A DNA stretch of 64,000 nucleotides from Candidatus Kaiserbacteria bacterium (lineage in GTDB: Bacteria > Patescibacteriota > Minisyncoccia > Phycocordibacterales > Phycocordibacteraceae): contig OY969413.1 in the NCBI GenBank assembly GCA_963699165.1, positions 468,562-532,561 of the forward strand. The letters are read 5' to 3'. Below, piece after piece: positions 29,471 through 39,324 of this stretch; position 1 is the stretch's first letter, and every line of letters begins with the position of its first letter. The notes under the pieces were generated by a model that worked only from the letters and a program-made list of their open reading frames with translations, was not told where the DNA came from and searched no databases. A program made the translations under genes and the position numbers.

Positions 29471-29543
29471 TGCGCCCACCACGACTCGAACGTGGAACCG
29501 CAGAGGTATAAGCTCTGTGCTCTAACCATTGAGCTATGGGCGC
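29471..29543 (-). tRNA. tRNA-Ile (anticodon UAU)
   Basis: Manual fold: acceptor GCGCCCA/TGGGCGC, D-arm GCTC-AATGGTTA-GAGC, anticodon stem CAGAG/CTCTG with loop CTTATAC, T-arm CCACG-TTCGAGT-CGTGG, discriminator A. Confidence 0.7.
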
Positions 29544-29670
29544 ATGTCTGTATGGAATCATACAGCGAGGGCTTCGGCAAATTGATACACGCGCGGAAAT
29601 ACAAATACGAGCATGGCCGGACGCGAGGTGGCGAAAATACCGGTTTTATGCGGAATCGACAGTATCCCCG

Positions 29671-30012
29671 TCAAGAAGCGGTTTGCTCGATTTTTGTTCT
29701 GATTGCGGCAATACCGCTCAAAAGCGTTTTTCTCGTAAGTTCCTCCGAACATTGATGGGCGGCTTTGCCGGCACAATTGAGAAGTTCATTGATTTTCTCT
29801 TTGTATGAACGCGAGTGGGCCAATTCCGCAAGTTTAAGAAACGCGGTGACGGCAAGTTCCGGATCCGTGATTTTCCGAGCGAAAGCTTCCGCCTGTGTAA
29901 ACATTTCCAATTGCGTGCCTCCATTTTTTTCTGACGCTATCTTTGTTACGAGATTAACGACTTTCTCGAATTCAGACGGCTCATGCGGTAAACGCTCTAT
30001 CATAAGTGCCAT
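29671..30012 (-). CDS. hypothetical protein
   Basis: 113-aa ORF. Confidence 0.35.
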   Translation of the reverse strand: MALMIERLPHEPSEFEKVVNLVTKIASEKNGGTQLEMFTQAEAFARKITDPELAVTAFLKLAELAHSRSYKEKINELLNCAGKAAHQCSEELTRKTLLSGIAAIRTKIEQTAS

Positions 30013-30073
30013 AGGTTACAAAATAGTATCATCTGTCGACGGGAACAGAAGGATTTTGCTCCATCGCTTCAGA

Positions 30074-32014
30074 TTATTGCACGGCGGGAACGGCGCGCGG
30101 CGAGACCATCGCGTCCTCTTCCCGTTTCTTCGGCGTAATGCCGTTTGCAATGAGAATTTTTTCAAAATCCTCGCGTTCGATGGTCTCCTTTTCGGTCAAT
30201 TCTTTTGCGATGGCATCGAGCGCCTTCCTATGTTCCGAGATGACGGCAATCGCGCGTGCTTTCGCTCCTTCGATAATTCGCGTGACTTCGGCATCGATTT
30301 CGGCCGCCACATGTTCGGAATACGGTTCGTTCCCGAGCTGGCGGTCGCCGAATGCAATCGGTCCGAGTTTTTCGCTCATGCCGTACCGCACGACCATGTC
30401 GCGCGCAATCGCGGTGATGACCATCAAATCGTTGCTCGGCCCCGTCGTAACGTCGTCAAAAAGCATTTCTTCGGCAACATAGCCGCCCAAGGTAGCGGCG
30501 ATGTCATCCAAAAATTGTTTTCGCGATTGCATCTTTTTGTCTTCAAACGGAAGTTTGAGCGTATAGCCCGCCGCGCGGCCGCGGCTGATAATGGAAATTT
30601 TGTGAACCGGATCGGCATTCGGCAAAATAGACGATACGAGCGCATGGCCGGCCTCGTGATATGCCGTCAATTCCTTTTCTTTTTTCGAAAGCAAATGGCT
30701 CTTGCGCTCCGGACCGAGCATCACCTTTTCAATCGAGCGGATGAGGTCGTATTGCGTTACCTCTTTCCGGTTTTCGCGCGCCGCAAGAATCGCGCCTTCG
30801 TTCATGAGCGAATACAGCTCCGCGCCCGAGAAGCCCGGCGTGCGCTCGGCGACGACGGAAAGCACGACGTCCGGACCGAGCGGTTTCTTGCGCGCGTGAA
30901 TCTTCAATATCTCCTCGCGGTCGCGGCGGTCGGGCAAATCGATGGTCACGCGGCGGTCAAAGCGTCCCGGGCGAAGCAGCGCCGGGTCGAGCACATCCGG
31001 ACGATTCGTCGCCGCCATCACCACGACTTTCTCGGTCGGCTCGAAACCGTCCATCTCGACGAGGATTTGATTGAGCGTCTGCTCGCGTTCGTCGTTGCCG
31101 CCGCCCACGCCGGTGCCGCGCACGCGTCCGACCGCATCGATTTCATCCACGAAAATAATCGACGGCGATGCTTTCTTCGCAAGCAGGAACAAATCGCGCA
31201 CGCGCGACGCGCCGACCCCGACAAACATTTCGACAAACTCGGAACCGGAAATCGAGAAGAAAGGCACGCCTGCTTCGCCCGCAACCGCGCGCGCGAGAAG
31301 CGTCTTCCCCGTTCCCGGCGCGCCCATCAAAATGATTCCTTTCGGAATGCGTGCGCCGATGTCGAGGAATTTTTTCGGGCTTTTCAAAAAGTCGACGATT
31401 TCTAGCAGTTCCTCTTTTGCTTCGCGCGCGCCCGCCACGTCGGCAAACGTAACGCGCTGCGTCAGGTCGGCCGGGTCGATGACACGCGCTTTCGATTGCC
31501 CGAAACTAAATGCCTGCATGCCCGCACCACGCACCTGGCGCGACAGAAACCAAAAGAGGAATGCGATGAATAAAAGCGGAATCAGTATCGGCGCAAGATT
31601 CAAAAACCAAAATTGAAATCCCGATTGCCCCTGAACGGTTATGGCGACTTTTGTCAGTTCGGCCGGCGTTACGCCGTAGGTCGCGAGCGTTTCCGGTAAT
31701 CCGGATGCCGGATCTTTGCGCGAGGTTTTCGTCGAGTTATCGGCATACGTGACATCAAGCGAGTCGCCGTTAACGGTGATTGAAGTAATCTTCCCCGCGG
31801 CAACGTCGGCCGCGACGGTCGAAAGCGGCACATCGGTCGACGGCTTCATGAGACCAACCACGAGCGAATACGCGCTCATAAGGAGCAGGAAGATGAGCAC
31901 CGTTGTGATGAGATTGCTCAAAAACGACGGGCCGTTCATGTTCGAAAACCAACCGCGTTTCGGCGGCGGAAGCGGTGTTTTTTTGTTCGGTTTCTTCGGA
32001 GAGACGTTCGGCAT
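30074..32014 (-). CDS. ftsH: ATP-dependent zinc metalloprotease FtsH
   Basis: Two N-terminal TMs, AAA Walker A GPPGTGKT, SRH, HEAGHAL zinc motif. Confidence 0.9.
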   Translation of the reverse strand: MPNVSPKKPNKKTPLPPPKRGWFSNMNGPSFLSNLITTVLIFLLLMSAYSLVVGLMKPSTDVPLSTVAADVAAGKITSITVNGDSLDVTYADNSTKTSRKDPASGLPETLATYGVTPAELTKVAITVQGQSGFQFWFLNLAPILIPLLFIAFLFWFLSRQVRGAGMQAFSFGQSKARVIDPADLTQRVTFADVAGAREAKEELLEIVDFLKSPKKFLDIGARIPKGIILMGAPGTGKTLLARAVAGEAGVPFFSISGSEFVEMFVGVGASRVRDLFLLAKKASPSIIFVDEIDAVGRVRGTGVGGGNDEREQTLNQILVEMDGFEPTEKVVVMAATNRPDVLDPALLRPGRFDRRVTIDLPDRRDREEILKIHARKKPLGPDVVLSVVAERTPGFSGAELYSLMNEGAILAARENRKEVTQYDLIRSIEKVMLGPERKSHLLSKKEKELTAYHEAGHALVSSILPNADPVHKISIISRGRAAGYTLKLPFEDKKMQSRKQFLDDIAATLGGYVAEEMLFDDVTTGPSNDLMVITAIARDMVVRYGMSEKLGPIAFGDRQLGNEPYSEHVAAEIDAEVTRIIEGAKARAIAVISEHRKALDAIAKELTEKETIEREDFEKILIANGITPKKREEDAMVSPRAVPAVQ

Positions 32015-32040
32015 AACAAAATGTTATTATACTACTTCAT

Positions 32041-32484
32041 ATGACATTAGTCGAATATAAGAAAGCCCTGCTCCGATTTGCGCCGCTTGAGACGTTTGCG
32101 GCGGGTCTTGAGCTGTACGGCACCGAAGTGAAAGCGCTGCGCGGCAAGCTCGGTTCCCTCGACGGTTCCCGCGTCGTGGTGCGCGGCGGCGAGGCCTTTA
32201 TTGTCGGCATGACCATCCCTCCATATCAGCCGGCGAACACCGCAAAGGACTACGACCCGGAGCGTTCGCGGCGCCTTTTGCTCGCGAAAAAGGAGATTGC
32301 AGAGCTCGCGGATGCCGAATCGAAAAAGGGCTTGACAATTGTGCCTCTTGAGGTATATACTAGCAGCAAGCTCATAAAAGCCCGCATCGCCATCGTCCGC
32401 GGCAAGGGCAAAACCGACCGGCGAGAAGATTTGAAAAAACGAGATGCGGAGCGTGAGACAGGTCGAGTTTTGAGAAATCGGTAG
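32041..32484 (+). CDS. smpB: SsrA-binding protein SmpB
   Basis: LYGTEVKALR, the RRLLLAKKE pattern, ~150 aa. Confidence 0.9.
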   Translation: MTLVEYKKALLRFAPLETFAAGLELYGTEVKALRGKLGSLDGSRVVVRGGEAFIVGMTIPPYQPANTAKDYDPERSRRLLLAKKEIAELADAESKKGLTIVPLEVYTSSKLIKARIAIVRGKGKTDRREDLKKRDAERETGRVLRNR

Positions 32485-32502
32485 TTCCCCTAAAGCATGG
32501 CT

Positions 32503-32757
32503 TATACGGTTTACATCCTTTACAATCGCGGGGATAGAGGGATGTACGTCGGTTGCACAAGCAATATCGAAAAGCGTTTGTAGCGGCACGGAAATGGGTA
32601 TGTTCCGGCAACAGCAGACAGAAGACCGCTCGACATTGTTCATTCCGAACAATTTGAATCGAAAGCGGATGCCTTCAATCGCGAGAGGTTCCTCAAGAGT
32701 CTTTGGGGAGCGCGCGAAAAAAGGAAGATATTGCTAAGATGGATTCAGGACGAGGCA
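32503..32757 (+). pseudogene. GIY-YIG nuclease (UPF0213/YhbQ-like) with an in-frame TAG
   Basis: Own translation MAYTVYILYNRGDRGMYVGCTSNIEKRL*RHGNGYVPATADRRPLDIVHSEQFESKADAFNRERFLKSLWGAREKRKILL; the stop falls at the usual (E/Q)H position. Confidence 0.6.
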
Positions 32758-32862
32758 GAAAAAGTAAAAGATGCCTAGTCCGGTTCACGGTGTGTTTCTG
32801 GCTAAAACATTTTTGCAGCAAAAATGTTCGCCCGAACACATCTTGCAGCAAGATGTGTTTTA

Positions 32863-33267
32863 GGGGGGTGACCGGCTTTGACGGTCTGTACTTTGAAAGA
32901 CGTGCGACGCAGTGCACTCCAATCAACACTAAAAACTGTTGGAAAACAAACTTGCCAAGAACACTCTTGCAAGCGTGAAGTCGCCGTACTTCGGTATGCG
33001 TGATTTCGCGTTCGCGTACGCGGCAGCCTAACGGCTCCTCGCCTGCGCGACGTCTGCCCTCCCGGGTTTCTACAGCCGGAGGAGCGGGCGGAATTATCTG
33101 AAGAATCGATGTCCGGTCTCCCGTCCGGCGCATTTAAATAAGGGATCGGGCAGGAATGGTTTCGTCTGCGTTCCTCGCATCCTGCCTAAGACACTAACGC
33201 TGACTATGCGTCGTAGAAGCGCTTTCATAGCCGGATTCGGACGGGGGTTCGATTCTCCCCACCTCCA
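32863..33267 (+). ncRNA. ssrA: tmRNA (ssrA)
   Basis: 5' GGGGGUGACCGGCUUUGACGG; 3' tRNA-like GGACGGGGGTTCGATTCTCCCCACCTCCA; acceptor pairing GGGGGUG/CACCUCC with a G3:U70 Ala identity pair; internal tag ORF ending FAYAAA*. Confidence 0.8.
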
Positions 33268-33277
33268 CTCGATAAAC

Positions 33278-33307
33278 AAACGCCACCTTCAGAAGGTGGC
33301 GTTTGCG
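33278..33307 (+). terminator. rho-independent-type hairpin after ssrA
   Basis: AAACGCCACCTTCAGAAGGTGGCGTTTG. Confidence 0.7.
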
Positions 33308-33319
33308 TTTAACAGAGTG

Positions 33320-33790
33320 GAGATGGAACGAGACGCCTGCGCGTCTCGTGTGGAGAATCGAAAGGCGCAGCGATGTTTTGTCAGCAGACAAAACCGCGAG
33401 CCGGGGTCGAGCAAATTCGCGAGTGACGACGAGCGAATTATGCGTGACCGACTCTCCCCGCTTAGCGATTCGTGACTTCGACTCCCGTTTTTCATATAAA
33501 CCGCGAGCCGGGGTCGCGAAAATTTCGAGCGGCGGCGAGAAATTATTCGTGACCAATTCTCCCCGCCCCAATTTGTCCGGAGCATTTTACTTAGCGATTC
33601 GTGACTTCGACTCCCTGTCTGCACGCCTCACGTGGAGAATCGAATGGCGGAGCGATGTTTTGTCAGCAGACAAAACCGCGAGCCGGGGTCGAGCAAATTC
33701 GCGAGTGGCGACGAGCGAATTATGCGTGACCTGTTATAAGAAAAGTAGCAGGTTCCAACGAATGTTTAGGCATAAATCCGGCCGCTAACT
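33320..33790. repeat. hairpin-rich repeat family A (two ~105-nt units at 33349-33452 and 33641-33744, plus GTGAC...CTCCCC subrepeats)
   Basis: Units are ~98% identical; internal hairpins GTTTTGTC-AGCA-GACAAAAC and AATTCGC/GCGAATT; begins with the reverse complement of a tmRNA-3'-like TTCGATTCTCCAC. Confidence 0.6.
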
Positions 33791-33897
33791 CACATCTCAA
33801 ATATTGGATCAGGGCAACAGAGGGTGGATGTTATTGAACTCAAACGGTTTGCGAGGATATATAATAAAGAGGTTTCTTACTTCATCAAATAATTACT

Positions 33898-34533
33898 ATG
33901 AAAAAAATCACAACAATTCTTGCCGCTCTATTTTTTGTGGTTCCATCTGTATCATTTGCGGCGGCTCTCACTCCACAGCAATCAAACAGTCTCATCGCGG
34001 TCGTACAAGCATCCCCAGGTACACCTGCAAACGCTTTCGTTTCCCTCATAACCGCTTTCTCAAATATATCAGTCACCCAAGCTACCAGTCTCATCACAGT
34101 TATTCAAGCAGCCCCTGGCGTACCTGCAAGTGCCTTTGTTAGCCTTTTAACTTCTTTTACCGCAGACACGACCGCAACACAAACAGTTACGCCAGTAACA
34201 AACCCCATCTCGACTACTCAACCGGTGACATCAACAGCGACTTGGCATCAGGCCTTCACATTTTCTGGTAGCGGCACATCGCTTACAAATTCTCCCCAAT
34301 TCACGTTGCATGGGAAAGAACAACGTATTGACTGGAGTTGTTCCGTAGTCGATGCATCACTCGACATTAGTAATTTTGGTGCCAATATTCAGGCGACACA
34401 AGATTATTCTGGTGACAGTATCGCGAGTGATGAAACCTGTCCGACCTCTAAAACAACGTACGAGTACGACTTGTCTCCTGGACAGTACTATCTTCAGCTT
34501 GGTCCAACCAATGCTAGTTCTAATAGACATTAA
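33898..34533 (+). CDS. secreted protein with internal tandem repeats
   Basis: Signal peptide MKKITTILAALFFVVPSVSFA; duplicated segment QASPGTPANAFVSLITAFS / QAAPGVPASAFVSLLTSFT. Confidence 0.55.
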   Translation: MKKITTILAALFFVVPSVSFAAALTPQQSNSLIAVVQASPGTPANAFVSLITAFSNISVTQATSLITVIQAAPGVPASAFVSLLTSFTADTTATQTVTPVTNPISTTQPVTSTATWHQAFTFSGSGTSLTNSPQFTLHGKEQRIDWSCSVVDASLDISNFGANIQATQDYSGDSIASDETCPTSKTTYEYDLSPGQYYLQLGPTNASSNRH

Positions 34534-34589
34534 CGATTTCCAAAAAATAATGCGGGCCGCCCTTTGGGGCGGCTTTCGCATTATTTTGT

Positions 34590-34960
34590 GGAGGTGAGCA
34601 AGACACCTGCGTGTCTTGCGTGGGAGAATCGAATGCCGGAGCCATGTGCGAAGCACAGCGAGGCGGGGTCGAGAGCACTTAGCACTTTTGCGAATACTTG
34701 GAGCAAAATGCTTAGTGACTCGTGACCAACTCCCCACCTATATACAAACCGCAGTCCTTTAGGAGTCGCGCAAATTCGCGAGCGAACCCAGTAGGTCATT
34801 CTGCTGAATGAGACGAGCGAATTATGCGTGACCGACTCTCACCGCTTAGCGATTCGTGACTTCGACTCCCCTACTGAAATGTATTGGAGCAAAATGCTTA
34901 GTGACTCGTGACCAATTCTCCCCGCTTCAGCTCTTGGAGCAATCCGATTAGCGATTCTCT
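34590..34960. repeat. hairpin-rich repeat family A, second cluster
   Basis: Shares GAGAATCGAATGCCGGAGC, GACGAGCGAATTATGCGTGACCGACTCTC[A/C]CCGCTTAGCGATTCGTGACTTCGACTCCC and GCTTAGTGACTCGTGACCAA(T/C)TC motifs with 33320-33790. Confidence 0.55.
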
Positions 34961-34962
34961 GC

Positions 34963-35367
34963 TTGGACCCCCATTTCCAACGTCGCATTGCCATCTTCCC
35001 CAAAAAATGGTTCCATTCATTCGGTAGCAACTTTCACAAAGGAGTATCCGTGGCAACCCTGCAATCCGGACCCATTCCATGCACAGAAATCATCGAGCGC
35101 GGCGAAGACGAGATTGTTCTAGAACCGGGTCATATTCGTATCAAAATCCTCAGTTGGACACTGGCGGCCGTTCAGGTCGAAATTCATTGTTCGAGTGGGA
35201 GGATAGGGCGCACAATCCTCGCCGGAAAACGTCTTGTCGTAGCCCCAAACAGGCCGTGCCTCGTGGTAAATTGCCTCGGCACGTTATCCGGACCGCGCCT
35301 TGTGCTGACACCTGAGCGGTCAGAATCTCAAGTGGGTCGATTGGTCGTTGAACGGTATAGCGAATAA
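34963..35367 (+). CDS. hypothetical protein
   Basis: ORF only. Confidence 0.3.
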   Translation: MDPHFQRRIAIFPKKWFHSFGSNFHKGVSVATLQSGPIPCTEIIERGEDEIVLEPGHIRIKILSWTLAAVQVEIHCSSGRIGRTILAGKRLVVAPNRPCLVVNCLGTLSGPRLVLTPERSESQVGRLVVERYSE

Positions 35368-35384
35368 ACGACCAGCCCCGGACA

Positions 35385-35425
35385 TCAAACCCACCGAGCA
35401 CCGCGCTCCGTGGGTTTGATTTTTT
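35385..35425 (+). terminator. rho-independent terminator
   Basis: CAAACCCACCGAGCACCGCGCTCCGTGGGTTTGATTTTTTG. Confidence 0.65.
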
Positions 35426-35557
35426 GCGCCCGGGAAAGTTTGCATCCCTCTTCGCTTTTTAGAGATTTTGACTTCCTCCTCTTTTTCTCATACGCTAATC
35501 ACGCAACCAGCCGAAAAGGATGTGGTTGTAAGTTCGTTATGAAATGAAGGGGAAATT

Positions 35558-36295
35558 ATGGGAGTCGTCATACCCCGCCATGGGGAATCTCCTCTCGAAG
35601 TGCTCGCGCGGTGCGGCGCATACTATTCCTGTCCGAAGGACGCGCAAGGCAAACGACGGGGTCCTCTCGTGGGAGTCGTCGGGCGAGACCGACACAATCG
35701 CCAGTATGTTGCAGAGAAGTACGTATACTTCCCGGCAGTGGAAACGAGCCCGCCGGCTGTGCGGCACTTCTCCGAACTGCTCGATAGAGAAATACACGCT
35801 CGGGGCTTCCAAGACGATATTACTTTTTGCGCCGTTCCTGCCGGTGGCATCGTTCTGGCCGCGACGTTGGCCGATATCCATGGATGTGCGTATTTATCGG
35901 CCGAGAAGCGAGCAGTCGCGGTTGCGACTGCATCCTCGCGAGAAATTACGACGATTGTCTTTGGACGGCATCGACCTCGGCTCGGCGAAAAAATCATACT
36001 CATCGATGATGTCTGCAACAACTTCAGCACCACCGGTGCCATGATAGAACTCGTCGAACGCTATGGCGCAACCGTTGTCGGCATTGCGTGTGCGTTCAAC
36101 CGCTCCGTTGATGTTGAGTCGCATTTTGTGACGGTTTACGGGCTCGACTTGCCCATCATGACGGTCATCCGGCAACCGATTCGACAATACTCGCAAGATG
36201 ACCCGTTTGTGGCCGGCGATGTCCAAAAGGGAAACGTCGTATGGAATCCGAAAGCGGAATGGCCTTTACTGGCTGCGGCAATGGCCGCGGCATAA
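35558..36295 (+). CDS. phosphoribosyltransferase (type I PRTase fold) family protein
   Basis: PRPP-binding motif ILIDDVCNNFSTTGAMIE. Confidence 0.6.
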   Translation: MGVVIPRHGESPLEVLARCGAYYSCPKDAQGKRRGPLVGVVGRDRHNRQYVAEKYVYFPAVETSPPAVRHFSELLDREIHARGFQDDITFCAVPAGGIVLAATLADIHGCAYLSAEKRAVAVATASSREITTIVFGRHRPRLGEKIILIDDVCNNFSTTGAMIELVERYGATVVGIACAFNRSVDVESHFVTVYGLDLPIMTVIRQPIRQYSQDDPFVAGDVQKGNVVWNPKAEWPLLAAAMAAA

Positions 36296-36435
36296 CGACA
36301 ACCTCCCGAATAGGAAGGGCCGCGACCGAAAGGGAGCGGCTTTTCGTTTGAATATCCGGCCATTATATGCATAATGGTTTGCGGAGCGACTTCGCGTCGC
36401 AAACTACTGTTCGTCATTGGGACCAAGGTGTGAAC

Positions 36436-36999
36436 ATGGAACTACCGCATAAATCATGGGTCGTGGGAGAACGGCTCCTTCAGCTCGGAATCGTCAGTAC
36501 GAGTACTAACGATATCCTCAAGCCGCCGACTGGCAAAGAGTTGTATCAGCTGGCATTGGCCATGTTGGACCGCTTTGGACTGCTCTACAAAGTCGAGCGG
36601 TTGCCTTCCCCTCGCCCGCGGGCAATTGTAAGCGTCTCCGAGTCGGATGATGAACTGGCCGGACAGCTTGCGCGAATACTCAAAATGAGAATTGTTCGAG
36701 CGAACGACGCAATTTATCACGACGCGGAACGGATTTTGCTCGTGAACTTCTTTCTGACCTCCGGCGCTTCGGTTTTGCATAGAATCGAGAAAAAACCGCC
36801 GGAAGTCGAAATCACTGCGATGTGGGTGGCAGTCGACCACGAAAAGGGCGACACCGAATTCCCATTTCCGGTTCAAGCGGCGCTGACCTTCTCTATGTTG
36901 CGCGAAATCGATGCGTGGCGAAAAGAGGAGGAGGAAAGACGGAAAAGAGAGATAGAGGAGATTCGGAAACGGGAAGCAGCGCAAATTCAAACCCGGTAG
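36436..36999 (+). CDS. hypothetical protein, degenerate PRTase-like, Glu/Arg/Lys-rich C-terminal tail
   Basis: ILLVNFFLTSGASV resembles a PRPP motif; start ambiguous (ORF from 36367). Confidence 0.4.
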   Translation: MELPHKSWVVGERLLQLGIVSTSTNDILKPPTGKELYQLALAMLDRFGLLYKVERLPSPRPRAIVSVSESDDELAGQLARILKMRIVRANDAIYHDAERILLVNFFLTSGASVLHRIEKKPPEVEITAMWVAVDHEKGDTEFPFPVQAALTFSMLREIDAWRKEEEERRKREIEEIRKREAAQIQTR

Positions 37000-37011
37000 C
37001 GGGAGAGAACG

Positions 37012-37050
37012 AAAACCCGCCGCGTGCTGCACGCGGCGGGTATTTCTTTT
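37012..37050. terminator. bidirectional hairpin between convergent genes
   Basis: CCCGCCGCGTGCTGCACGCGGCGGG with T-runs on both sides. Confidence 0.55.
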
Positions 37051-37056
37051 TTCGTT

Positions 37057-38841
37057 TTAGCGCCGCGATTTTGAACGGTCGTTTTCGGTGAGGTATTGCT
37101 TGCGCAGGCGCACGCTCTTCGGCGTGATTTCCAGATATTCGTCGTCGGCCATGATTTCAAGACCGCGCTCGATGGTGAGGTCGAAAATCGGAACGAGCAC
37201 AATGGCTTCGTCGGTGCCGGAGGAGCGGACGTTCGACTGGTTCTTCCCTTTTGTCGGATTCGCCACCATCTCTTCGCCCTTCGCGGTGTTGCCGATAACC
37301 ATGCCTTCATACACTTCCATCGCGGGCTTGATGTAGAGTTGTCCGCGGTCCTGCAAATTCCAAAGCGAGTAGCCGAGCGCTTTGCCGGTCGCCATCGAAA
37401 TCATGGAGCCCACAACGCGCTTCTTGATTTCGCCCGCATACGGCTGGAAGCCGATAAAGTGCGAGGAGAGAATGCCCTCGCCGCGCGTGTCGATGATGAA
37501 CATATTTTTGTAACCGAGCAGGCCGCGCGTCGGTCCGACAAAGGTGAGGCGCACGATGTCGCCGTGCTGAACGAGGTTTTGCATGACAAAGCCGCGGGGA
37601 CCGAGCTTCTCGATAATCGCGCCCTGAAATTCCGACGGCGTATCAATGACGACTTCTTCAAACGGTTCTTTTTTTACGCCGTCTTCTTCGCGAATGATGA
37701 CGTGCGGCTGGGAGACCTGAAGTTCGTATCCTTCGCGGCGCATATTTTCAAGAAGCACGGCAATGTGGAGCTCGCCGCGGCCGCTCACATGGAATGAATC
37801 GGCGCTATCGAAATCGATTTTGAGACCGACGTTCACTTCAAGTTCTTTCAAAAGACGGTCGCGAATCTGGCGGCTCGTCACAAACTTCCCTTCCCGTCCG
37901 GCAAACGGAGAATTGTTGACGAGAAAATTGAGCGCGATGGTCGGCTCGTCGACCGCAATAGCCGGAAGCGTCTGCGCCGACTCATCGGTCGTCACCGTCT
38001 CGCCAATGTAAATATCGGGAAGACCGGCAATGAGCGCGATGTCGCCTGCCGACGCCTCCTCCGTCTCGACGCGCTCGAGTCCTTTAAAGGTAAACACTTT
38101 GGTCGTGCGTCCGGTGCGCGTCTCGCCGTCCGGCTTTTTTATGAAAACGTTTTGGTTTGGGCGAACGGTGCCTTGGTAGATGCGACCGACCGCGAGACGG
38201 CCCATGAAGTTGTCGTATGCCAAGTTGAATGGCTGGAGCATGAGAGGCGCATTCGCATCGGCGTTTGCATTTGCGGCCGGTACTTTTTCAAGAATGAGGT
38301 CGAGAAGCGGCGCGAGGTCTTTGCGCTCGTCATCGAGATTTTTGATGGCGATGCCTTCGCGGCCGATTGAGTAGATAACCGGAAAATCGGATTGCTCGTC
38401 GGATGCGCCGAGTTCCAGGAAAAGCTCAAGGACTTGCTCTTCCGAGCGCGCCGGATTTGCGGCCGGCTTGTCTATCTTATTGAGCACGACAATCGGCTTC
38501 AACCCGAGTTCAAGCGACTTCTTCAAAACGAACCGCGTCTGCGGCATCGGTCCTTCCTGCGCATCGACGACGAGAAGCACCGAGTCGATGGAGCGCAGTA
38601 CGCGCTCGACTTCGCTGCCGAAGTCCGCATGTCCCGGCGTATCGACGATGTTGATTTTCGTGCCTTTGTATTCGACGGCGGCATTTTTTGCGTAAATGGT
38701 AATGCCCCGCTCGTGTTCAAGCGGATTGGTGTCCATCGTCGTGCCTTCGGGAGAGGCATGCGTTTGTTTTAGGATAGCGTCAGTGAGCGCGGTTTTCCCG
38801 TGGTCCACGTGCGCAATGATTGCGATATTCCGGATTTCCAT
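37057..38841 (-). CDS. typA: translational GTPase TypA/BipA
   Basis: MEIRNIAIIAHVDHGKT G1; DTPGHADF; 594 aa; EF-G-like domain order. Confidence 0.9.
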   Translation of the reverse strand: MEIRNIAIIAHVDHGKTALTDAILKQTHASPEGTTMDTNPLEHERGITIYAKNAAVEYKGTKINIVDTPGHADFGSEVERVLRSIDSVLLVVDAQEGPMPQTRFVLKKSLELGLKPIVVLNKIDKPAANPARSEEQVLELFLELGASDEQSDFPVIYSIGREGIAIKNLDDERKDLAPLLDLILEKVPAANANADANAPLMLQPFNLAYDNFMGRLAVGRIYQGTVRPNQNVFIKKPDGETRTGRTTKVFTFKGLERVETEEASAGDIALIAGLPDIYIGETVTTDESAQTLPAIAVDEPTIALNFLVNNSPFAGREGKFVTSRQIRDRLLKELEVNVGLKIDFDSADSFHVSGRGELHIAVLLENMRREGYELQVSQPHVIIREEDGVKKEPFEEVVIDTPSEFQGAIIEKLGPRGFVMQNLVQHGDIVRLTFVGPTRGLLGYKNMFIIDTRGEGILSSHFIGFQPYAGEIKKRVVGSMISMATGKALGYSLWNLQDRGQLYIKPAMEVYEGMVIGNTAKGEEMVANPTKGKNQSNVRSSGTDEAIVLVPIFDLTIERGLEIMADDEYLEITPKSVRLRKQYLTENDRSKSRR

Positions 38842-38964
38842 ACAAATAAAAATGGCCGTACTGGCCGATGTAGAAAATATACAACATTAATGTATTTAAA
38901 ACAAGGTATCTGCTTCGTTGTAAAACAGAAACGCCCGCAAGAGCAGGCGCTCTGCGGGCGGTAT

Positions 38965-39246
38965 TTATCCGCCGATACCGTCAACTACCTCCGCGGCCTT
39001 CTCACGCCAAAAATCCACATCAGCGACGTCAGGACCGTACGCGGCTTCATACGAAAGTCCGACTTCTTCTCTATCGATGACCCTGTCGTTGTCCTTGTGG
39101 TCGAATACCACGAAAAGGCCCTGGTAATCGCTAAGTCTGCGGACCTCAACGAGATATCGACCATCCAACCTCGACCACCAGACGACTCCGGCCGGAACAT
39201 CTTCAGATTCAAAACGAACAATTGGAACAAGAGCTTCAACGGACAT
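38965..39246 (-). CDS. hypothetical protein
   Basis: 93-aa ORF followed by a hairpin. Confidence 0.35.
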   Translation of the reverse strand: MSVEALVPIVRFESEDVPAGVVWWSRLDGRYLVEVRRLSDYQGLFVVFDHKDNDRVIDREEVGLSYEAAYGPDVADVDFWREKAAEVVDGIGG

Positions 39247-39324
39247 TAGCAGCCTCCTTTCTCTTAGGAAAGTATCTTAGGTAATTAGGATTTGCAAGTT
39301 TTTCCCGCGGTCGAATGCAATTGA

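Noticed and set aside
29765-31405. 546-aa ORF on the plus strand
   Set aside because: Antisense to ftsH, which has unambiguous AAA and zinc-protease motifs.
33320-34960. Possible CRISPR array, because of short repeated units
   Set aside because: The repeats are irregular in length and spacing, the 'spacers' are themselves repeated, and there are no cas genes. This is a dispersed hairpin-repeat family, not a CRISPR array.
37096-37797. 233-aa ORF on the plus strand
   Set aside because: Antisense to typA.
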